Shown here piece by piece: positions 17,001 to 21,282 of a DNA stretch of 64,000 nt. The stretch is from an uncultured Collinsella sp. GTDB taxonomy: Bacteria; Actinomycetota; Coriobacteriia; Coriobacteriales; Coriobacteriaceae. A model generated the notes under the pieces. That model saw nothing but the letters and a program-made list of their open reading frames with translations. It was not told the DNA's origin and ran no database searches. The number at the start of each line of letters is the position of its first letter. Position 1 is the first letter of the stretch. A program made the position numbers and the translations under genes. Where the stretch lies: positions 2,492 through 66,491 of the forward strand of contig UQIY01000004.1 in the NCBI GenBank assembly GCA_900541195.1. Direction: 5' to 3'.

Positions 17001-18661
17001 ACTACACCGAACCGTGGCTGAGCGAAATCGTGGGCGTGAAGGCCGATGAGGCCAAGGAGGACAAGGACGGCGCTTGGGTCAAGCTCGCCGATGACGAGGT
17101 CAAGGACAAGAGCCAGGCCGAACTCGCGAAGATGGCTGGCGCCAAGGTCGATGGCGCGTACTACCGCGCGCGCACTTCTTCCGACGCGACGGGCACGTTC
17201 TATACCCTCTCCGTTGATAAGGAAGAGCCCAAGAGCGAAAACTTCTACTTGGTGGTGCGCACGCCGGCGGGGTCCGTGGGCGTCAACGGCTACACCGCCA
17301 CCACGGTGGACACGAGCCTCAACGAGCACATCAACTACCTGCTGCGAGGCAAGAAAGCAGCCGACGGCAAGGCTGCCGAGGATGGGCACCAGAATACGCC
17401 CTCGACCTATAGCGTGGCATCAAACTACACGCACAGCCTCGTTGACAACAAGCGTAACCTCGTCGACAACAGGGACAGCATCAACCGGATGGAGCTCAAG
17501 GAAGCCACCTATTCGCTTTCCATGAACGTGAGCGACACCGTGACGTTTGACTCGAGCCAGCAATACACGAGCTCTGACGCGCTGTATTATCAGCTCGATT
17601 CGTCGCTTGTCACCTATCACGATGGCGTCATCGCGGGCTCGGTAGGATACCCCACGGGCACGCAGGGCACGTATGAGTTCTACGTTAAGGTGGGTGATAA
17701 CTACTACACCTGGGGCGGGTCGGGTTGGAATCTGGCCGGCACGAAGGAGACCCCAGTGGTGTCGGGCCTTAGTTGGACTGCGAACGGTGGCGACATGTCA
17801 CTGGTGCTTGCCGATGCTGAGGGTAATCCCATCGACATGTCGGGCCTGCGCGAGATCGCCAAGAACCATGTCAACGCCTTCACCGTTACCATGAGGGCCG
17901 CGCTCACCATGACGGAGCCTGCCTGCCAGGCGGGTATCGTGGCCTCGCAGAACAGCGGCACCGACCGCTACACCAAACCCAACTACCGCGCGTACCTTTC
18001 CACGCATGCCGACACGCTCAGCACCAGTAGCAACTCGGCATACAACGATGGCGGCGCCGGCTACTACCGTATGGATGTGGGCTCATCGACCATCGCGCTC
18101 GAGGCGTCTAAGAAATCCCAGTTGGGCATCAACATCGATGACCTCAAGTCCGCTGACGGCGAGATCGCTCTGGTGGGTACCTACGACCTGAGCAAGCTCA
18201 CGGGCGCCGAGGCTAAGATCGACGCCGCAAGCACGGTGACCTACACGCTGAGCCTGGAGCAGCGGCAAGATAATGGCGGCTATGCTCCGGTCGGCGATAT
18301 CTCGAACTACATTACGGTGCTCGGCAGCGATTACCTAGGCACGGGTGCGGCATCCGCCGACGGCAACAGCTATGTGTTCACCGACACCAAGACCAACGGC
18401 GCGTTCCTCACGCGCGACGGCAACAGCCTTGCCTTTAAGCATGCCTTCCGCGTTAAAGTGAATACGAATGTTGAGGGTGAGAACCAAACTTACGCAAACT
18501 ACCGCTTGGTGCTTACGGCCAATATTATGACCGGCAACGTTGTCGACGACACACCGGTCAACGTTAGCAACCTTGATGGCTATTCGCACTCCGACTACGT
18601 GACGTACACGCTAGCGCGCATCAACACCGAGGGCATTCGGCACGAGACGAAAACCAACTAG
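8033..18661 (+). CDS. Giant (3,542 aa) secreted GLUG-motif / beta-helix-like repeat protein, putative adhesin or surface fibre; no recognisable wall anchor
   Basis: Uninterrupted ORF with a Sec signal (MRTAKRITTACLTAIMIFQALAPSTEVFA-QE), then an acidic D/E/T/G-rich spacer. More than 25 GG[LVI][LVI]G GLUG-like motifs occur (NAGGLIGEA, AAGGLIGKA, GGVIGD, GGLVGKV, VGGLLGSS, GAGGVVGRA and others). A GTYGDPYSVTNAAEMNAI module start is typical of GLUG-domain proteins. There is no C-terminal LPXTG. Confidence 0.85.
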   Translation: MRTAKRITTACLTAIMIFQALAPSTEVFAQELDAVMEASVSAARAAGNTARSVQDAVATALQDADQATSDDVVTTPGADAGATEGGDGSTNAGESQDSTTDGTTNGDTPTEGDASQDDAAADEGAADGEQADDADADAADQANTAPTIATVEDLRHALGDGNVITDDLGAVTAITFESNADLIAISNTDPAIYQNANISKGGSTGIDFDVCGAEIVDGLGSLTFQGFGSDAYPFKGALNLGDRTLTVNKTLFNNIELSDDNSSVKLTWKGTDAQPIVAAKVAGADKTLAATVTVGTPKSDTEKDICKLTSPLVGEVTGALTLNATYTTSANSPLAVDMQSSAGNMGLLVNTLAEGASLTLAGLALPDKLDGTPTINATADGANAGGLIGEAREGATVALPTGIDVSALSVAGKNAAGGLIGKATNLTLNIADGVTVKPACNVGDKDSACSGGVIGDVSFAQGFIVKPNMFDLGKLVTLGASQRAGALFGVADISNGDIVVQGGTYKSKFTLPEGVSFNGSYGGLVGKVFATAKGVDESLRAFVVQKDADKKTCSIEFELAGKLSDTGGVVGYVGDSADSNSQPVAVVLDGVTVACKGDASARTDAGKFGGAVGVVDARNVLDVRDFKLTSDNPIGKAQSNRAAGIAGSAWNAVIKFSGITDLSGASFAENSTTGQLVYENHNALIFAVGDGSDADKGAAGWTFKRSNTASKTDDIATYGEVIRLGGDFIKLDVDTHKLTLPDSLTAANGAYTLTSVEDFAKLAITWQTNGYYSMVEGVSENNPNILQSSTITVNGTIDLKGTGLTGFTQNRADGSQVFSGTLNGGGTNGNGTINLAVGEPYGKRGEAVLDGNDTSNGNGKIYRHGRLGLFAAVNGATISNVTIAGSMKFDNGSAIDAGSLAGTIVGNLPLSGVTCKTNIACDDTFGNEVNIGGIAGSVSAASTVAFKDNSRAQATIAATKTLNGNSRIGGAIGYVGDYGSSFNVAGLEVAGSIETGNCTSGKIAQVGGFIGCIAQGSNEKNVTITGLSFSEFAMTVGKNGDKFNGAGGLLGYSWGNAIVTIGDTTANTSGSTYALKTTNNTTVTAENSTEVGGLVYAASGHWIINNYAINLANASFTANSATTLGVLIARGSTSDSNSFGAETNYNGLYLEDRAWWGTAYAVNGVSITAPKVKTYDEWLANGVKPESNLIDNGCNAVVSLHTEDQKLDMSGDPARDNSYRNRIAPANPSDSFPQTNGSVRYYYNLDKAYTAVGNKPENASKDNWMNSAEYLLLWCAYLYAPSAIQGYIIPGNQAIFQGNNIGTSDSAGVEINLDGYSFYPTDPAKGSTVTVNNATITFHYSDIKDEQEGNKKNSEATQHENMHCALIGTHTGSLKVKNVTLAGTVGSVVNDAGSSSGALVCCCIYGPINETNVAQLEIDGLTLDGLKVDGVNGYTSYAPLLINEMQTCVNLSAKNISTLSYAKGATAATSLFGRLGVGNNSDQVTAKFEQISLPSQKNNTIFTHASLLESFGYGSTSTGSADYTFTKADADAGKVTYGSEIDGSTEYPGKQLWYYDEATYGAVSGYVTVDGKKDGDVRPWFGDYLPYVYKGKAAEDGVQYHEIKVNQRIPKLVMGCGTYGDPYSVTNAAEMNAIANYINNMTALDGWEVTIVADQGRLCTRRSSDHSTDNEVTYVYKQANGTDNKWEKKTGDASTNSPQTLSDETMHRYMQSAYYSIEPTEGNTITLDGASFGGFGNRANPFRGVIVGNFGSDNKNATIKIENNEGSLRGLIPYSYGSVVRDLNIRYVNASATITYSAKDADGVPTAFFGGVVGCILGGDNIIDGVVVNGTTAENPTTGFTVTGGGDKPHLVPIGGYVGAIAGGGVIFRNMDKSGKSSWRAGTGDKSRGLGKGNFDLYNNPYVGRVIDGYAFSEGCKVENGNANYQINELTKKGTPCVTTTGTDNKYLGTNAEAPVTMVKNAQGLLVLSAIISSGAGAGAAHTNYSNNGVFRGSKAYWGSDSQDPAICGYLFGNKEYGKVRNANYANVGKPESAAGDFEIAKNDDQKAPGKQGWHGPLDHDDDVNSPYLVASYAADYQTGYVCASKSIGMSLEFKQGDTYDMTDYGTGYVGLNGRYYSNACNSNQPGTDRDRITPHVATIDGNGATITVGTEGTAYGVVEYADDDYKVSGVGGLFSTVMFTSTNVGQSVTANDGAQVKDLTFSNCNVALTYIDTNGEAKPGEAPNDLTGAGLLAGATANYDDGTCGIYRNVQMKNCTVSGAKSVGGLLGSSGRARRTTSEDRTYMVEFGDGWGPAYLYDCSYTGLNVTGEKNVGGYVGAVASACGVWTTAGTGVSERTVGKNSTITATGTVPYVGGVLGYVERSDISVNTNIGTTTAAQSSCTAVISGVNVLATGSNSDDHMGAGGVVGRARGGVISMSNVRIDGGNGTENAVIGDKAGTNNSIYNAGGLIGEVTSSGSPNKYWFDDCSVKNVSIAGTGKCSGGLIGYFFSNVNIACNNIAIENATIKGNWSGGLLGANNASNSGPVVIDVTNTKVSNTTFSERSNGGIMGDGRGQFHLLNVLMDSNSYNAGKTQGVLLGEVDTGDGKYSLSAAGVEVKPGSGKTTSDLPPMVYTTNTNTAAVNEKTYIAFGDYNGTAAAPNENKTLYGAGDTATTATSPYVTTRPVSTLAVRASDGDTTDRYLFGDGAAIDTATTIQSQAGARVPGRYTYTNIAGINDAGAYQNTSTYSADSSRSTYNANNITSDKKAKTDFPVLVIPGNDTTTVESYLNIVTNGGFSDARRLNGSTAHVTATAEVFSLADNGTFVKDVAASQAPTLKVLNNGTSSMAFRASTDWDNEQGRFTLLTVTFSEAGQSYRVQVPIIVKRMLEIDFTATYSEGANFKAADYATKYDKHVLVSSGDTMTGYLTWTYGSARGKPVDYGWNTLLEAGGSMGPLNKSITFGATLPEGTQLTLVDTANNSREYHYTVGTGGATSVRLTEFVDAGNKAYYTEPWLSEIVGVKADEAKEDKDGAWVKLADDEVKDKSQAELAKMAGAKVDGAYYRARTSSDATGTFYTLSVDKEEPKSENFYLVVRTPAGSVGVNGYTATTVDTSLNEHINYLLRGKKAADGKAAEDGHQNTPSTYSVASNYTHSLVDNKRNLVDNRDSINRMELKEATYSLSMNVSDTVTFDSSQQYTSSDALYYQLDSSLVTYHDGVIAGSVGYPTGTQGTYEFYVKVGDNYYTWGGSGWNLAGTKETPVVSGLSWTANGGDMSLVLADAEGNPIDMSGLREIAKNHVNAFTVTMRAALTMTEPACQAGIVASQNSGTDRYTKPNYRAYLSTHADTLSTSSNSAYNDGGAGYYRMDVGSSTIALEASKKSQLGINIDDLKSADGEIALVGTYDLSKLTGAEAKIDAASTVTYTLSLEQRQDNGGYAPVGDISNYITVLGSDYLGTGAASADGNSYVFTDTKTNGAFLTRDGNSLAFKHAFRVKVNTNVEGENQTYANYRLVLTANIMTGNVVDDTPVNVSNLDGYSHSDYVTYTLARINTEGIRHETKTN

Positions 18662-18670
18662 CTACGCGAG

Positions 18671-18701
18671 GGGCGGCAACCACCCGGTTGCCGCCCTTTT
18701 T
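18671..18701 (+). terminator. Rho-independent terminator of the giant gene
   Basis: Perfect 11-bp stem GGGCGGCAACC / GGTTGCCGCCC, ACCC loop, then TTTTT. Confidence 0.85.
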
Positions 18702-18737
18702 CTTGTTCGCTTGGCCTACTGCTGCCCCAGCTCTCCA

Positions 18738-18826
18738 CCAACTTTCCAGCTTTCCACTTAACTTACCACTCAAGGTGGAAAGCTGGTAAGTTAGGTGGAA
18801 AGCTGGTAAGTTAGGTGGAAAGTTGG
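18738..18826. repeat. Left copy of the repeat array bracketing the Schlafen-like gene
   Basis: It has inverted 12-mers CCAGCTTTCCAC (18746-18757) and GTGGAAAGCTGG (18775-18786) with a 17-nt loop. Direct copies of GTGGAAAG(C/T)TGG follow at 18795 and 18815, a 20-bp period. The 41-bp hairpin core is 40/41 identical to 20354-20394. Confidence 0.85.
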
Positions 18827-18844
18827 AAAGTTGGGAGGTTCGGC

Positions 18845-20314
18845 ATGAATGAGGAGTGGTTGGCGCAGGTTATCCATCATCTGCGGGCAATAGGAAACGA
18901 CACCCAGCAGTACGAAGTAAAAGAAGCCAAGGGCGCGCTCCCCAAAAGCATCGTCGAGACGCTTTCGGCATTTTCCAACGCGCAGGGCGGCTTTATCATC
19001 CTCGGCATTTCCGAAAAGAACGGGTTTATGCCCGTCGAGGGTTTTGATGCCCGCAAGATGCAAGACGCCCTCTCTTCTGCATGTGAAAAGCTGACGCCCG
19101 TTGTGAGGCCGGATATCCAAGTGCTCCCCTTCGAGGGTAAGCTGGTGCTTTGCGCGCGCATCAAAGAAATGCATCCACGCGATAAACCCTGCTATATTGC
19201 GGCACGCGGAATGTACGATTCGTCCTTTATCCGTACGGGCGACGGCGACCGGCGCATGACTCCCTACGAAATCGATCGCTTTATGGAGGAGCATGTTCAG
19301 CCTACATACGACGACGAGCCGGTCGAAGGTGCCACGCTCGATGACCTTGACGCCGATCTTTTGCAAGGGTTTATAAAACGCCAGCGCGAGCTACACCCTA
19401 GGCTTTTGGGCACCAGAAGCGACGATGAGATTCTCCTTGACCTGCATGTGACCAAAAGGGTGGACGACGCAATCGTGCCGACGCTTGCTGCAATTGTCGC
19501 GATGGGACGGTTTCCGCAAAAGTTCTTCCCACGTCTCAATGTGACCTTTACGGCGTACCCCGGGACCACAAAAACGCAGCGAGTAAGTGATAACAAGCGT
19601 TTTGTGGATTCTCAGACCATTTTGGGTCCGATCCCTTTCATGATTGAGGACATGCTTGCCGCCGTTGCGAGAAACACCCGAAACGCAGCGGTTATCGAGG
19701 GCGCGTTCCGGAAAGATGTGCCCGATTATCCGCCCGTGGCGCTGCGCGAGGCGGTGGCGAACGCGCTCATGCACCGCGACTACTCTTCCGCCGCGCGCGG
19801 CTCACAAGTGCAGGTCAACCTGTATATCGACCGCGTCGAGATTCTCAATCCCGGCGGGCTGTACGGCGACGTAACGATCGATTCGCTGGGAGTTTCTGGG
19901 GTTTCGTCATCCAGAAACCAGTTCCTTTCAAATATCCTCGAGACCACGCCGTACCCAGACGGTGGCTACGTGGTCGAAAATCGCGGCACTGGTTATCAGG
20001 AGATAGGTGAGCAGCTCGAGCGGGCAAACATGTTGCCGCCCGAACCAAAGAACTCGACAGTTTCTTTTTCGTTGACGTTCGATAAGCGAAAGATAATGCG
20101 GGCGGAACAGGTGACGTCTGTGGGGCATGTGGACGAGGCAATCTTGGATTACCTGGCAACACATTCTTCGGCCTCGACCAAGGAGCTCACCGACGCTTCG
20201 GGTTTGAGCAGGAGCGCCGTTTCCAACCACATAAAAGGCTTGATTGGTGCGGGCAAGATTGAGGCGATGGAGCCTCCGCGCAGCCCGCGACAACGGTATC
20301 GACTCGCGAAGTAG
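18845..20314 (+). CDS. AlbA_2 (Schlafen-like, 'divergent AAA') + HATPase_c_4 (RecG-C-terminal-like) + C-terminal winged-HTH protein (COG2865 type)
   Basis: I prefer the start at ATG 18845 (MNEEWLAQV), which has GGGAGG 6 nt upstream. The track start GTG 18815 lies inside the repeat. Motifs: ..QQYEVKEAKG..AFSNAQGGFIILGI (AlbA_2), REAVANALMHRDYS...VEILNPGGLYG (HATPase_c_4), and a C-terminal ILDYLATHSSASTKELTDASGLSRSAVSNHIKGL wHTH. Confidence 0.75.
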   Translation: MNEEWLAQVIHHLRAIGNDTQQYEVKEAKGALPKSIVETLSAFSNAQGGFIILGISEKNGFMPVEGFDARKMQDALSSACEKLTPVVRPDIQVLPFEGKLVLCARIKEMHPRDKPCYIAARGMYDSSFIRTGDGDRRMTPYEIDRFMEEHVQPTYDDEPVEGATLDDLDADLLQGFIKRQRELHPRLLGTRSDDEILLDLHVTKRVDDAIVPTLAAIVAMGRFPQKFFPRLNVTFTAYPGTTKTQRVSDNKRFVDSQTILGPIPFMIEDMLAAVARNTRNAAVIEGAFRKDVPDYPPVALREAVANALMHRDYSSAARGSQVQVNLYIDRVEILNPGGLYGDVTIDSLGVSGVSSSRNQFLSNILETTPYPDGGYVVENRGTGYQEIGEQLERANMLPPEPKNSTVSFSLTFDKRKIMRAEQVTSVGHVDEAILDYLATHSSASTKELTDASGLSRSAVSNHIKGLIGAGKIEAMEPPRSPRQRYRLAK

Positions 20315-20342
20315 GGCTGTCCGTCGCCCATGCTTCGGTCTC

Positions 20343-20433
20343 CCAACTTCTGTCCAGCTTTCCACTTAACTTACCACTTAAGGTGGAAAGCTGGAAAGTT
20401 AAGTGGAAAGCTGGAAAGTAAGTGGAAAGCTGA
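20343..20433. repeat. Right copy of the repeat array bracketing the Schlafen-like gene
   Basis: CCAGCTTTCCAC (20354-20365) and GTGGAAAGCTGG (20383-20394) are followed by direct copies at 20403 and 20422. Same architecture and orientation as 18738-18826. Confidence 0.85.
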
Positions 20434-20697
20434 CATGTTAGGTGCGGACTGACGAGGGGTTAATAATTGCACAAACCATACCAGCCAAACAAAAAGATAC
20501 CCATCTGGTTGGTAAAACACCGTCAATGAGCCGCGAGCCAACTAGCTGCGTAAATAAAGCCTAAAGAACTGTTGCAAATGAATGGCAAATACCCAGATGC
20601 CGCCGTTACGATTTTCAATTAACTGTTACGCGGGAACAGCAAAATGCTACTATCTAACAAGCACGTAAGAAAGCAGATTAACGGTTAAGGCTAAGAA

Positions 20698-21102
20698 GTG
20701 GCAGGCATGTCAGAAGCAACAAGGACTCGCGCGCATGCGCCCGAGGTTGGGCAGCGCGCCGTCGAGATCCTCCAAGAGGGGGTCGGTCACCGCGCCCTCG
20801 CCGCAAAGCTTGGCATTCCCCAGGCCACGGCTCGTCAGTGGGCCCGCGCATATGCCGTGGGCGGTGCCGACGCCGTGCTCAACGCGGGCGCTCGTCATCA
20901 CACCTATTCGTACGATGTAAAGCTCGCCGTGGTTAAGGACCGTCTGGAAAACGGCCTGACGGTTCGCGAGGCCATGATCAAGCACGGGATTCCCAGCGAG
21001 TCTTCGGTTAAGGCCTGGTGCCGCCAGTATCGCGAGAGCGGTGAGTCCGCGCTGGTCGATAAGCCGCGCGGTCGCAAGCCGCGCGTTAAAAAGGCGGAAT
21101 AG
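20698..21102 (+). CDS. Double-HTH protein resembling IS3-family (IS150-type) transposase OrfA; no OrfB/DDE partner
   Basis: 134 aa. The second half (YSYDVKLAVVKDRLENGLTVREAMIKHGIPSESSVKAWCRQYRESGESALVDKPRGRKP) follows the IS3 OrfA pattern. The start may be ATG 20707 rather than GTG 20698. The next gene is the hydrogenase, so this is an orphan. Confidence 0.6.
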   Translation: MAGMSEATRTRAHAPEVGQRAVEILQEGVGHRALAAKLGIPQATARQWARAYAVGGADAVLNAGARHHTYSYDVKLAVVKDRLENGLTVREAMIKHGIPSESSVKAWCRQYRESGESALVDKPRGRKPRVKKAE

Positions 21103-21114
21103 CGAACGGGATGG

Positions 21115-21137
21115 TGCGCCCACAGGGGCGCATTTTT
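21115..21137 (+). terminator. Rho-independent terminator
   Basis: TGCGCCC / GGGCGCA stem, ACAG loop, then TTTTT. Confidence 0.65.
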
Positions 21138-21282
21138 CTTGCCGCCCCTCTGCTCCAAAGCGGACGTACCCTTACCCCGTACGCCTAAAACTCCCCAGTT
21201 GACCGAAAACCCGCCGTTGCTACTCCTCAATTGAGCTATAACGTTAAACAATTGCAGCGTTTTTGCATGGGGGAGTGATGGT

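Noticed and set aside
18815-18844. GTG 18815 as the start of the Schlafen-like gene
   Set aside because: The first 10 codons are simply the third copy of the GTGGAAAG(T)TGG repeat. ATG 18845 has a GGGAGG Shine-Dalgarno at proper spacing.
20698-21102. A complete IS3-family insertion sequence
   Set aside because: Only an OrfA-like HTH protein is present. I could not see an OrfB/DDE transposase, a slippery frameshift site or terminal inverted repeats.
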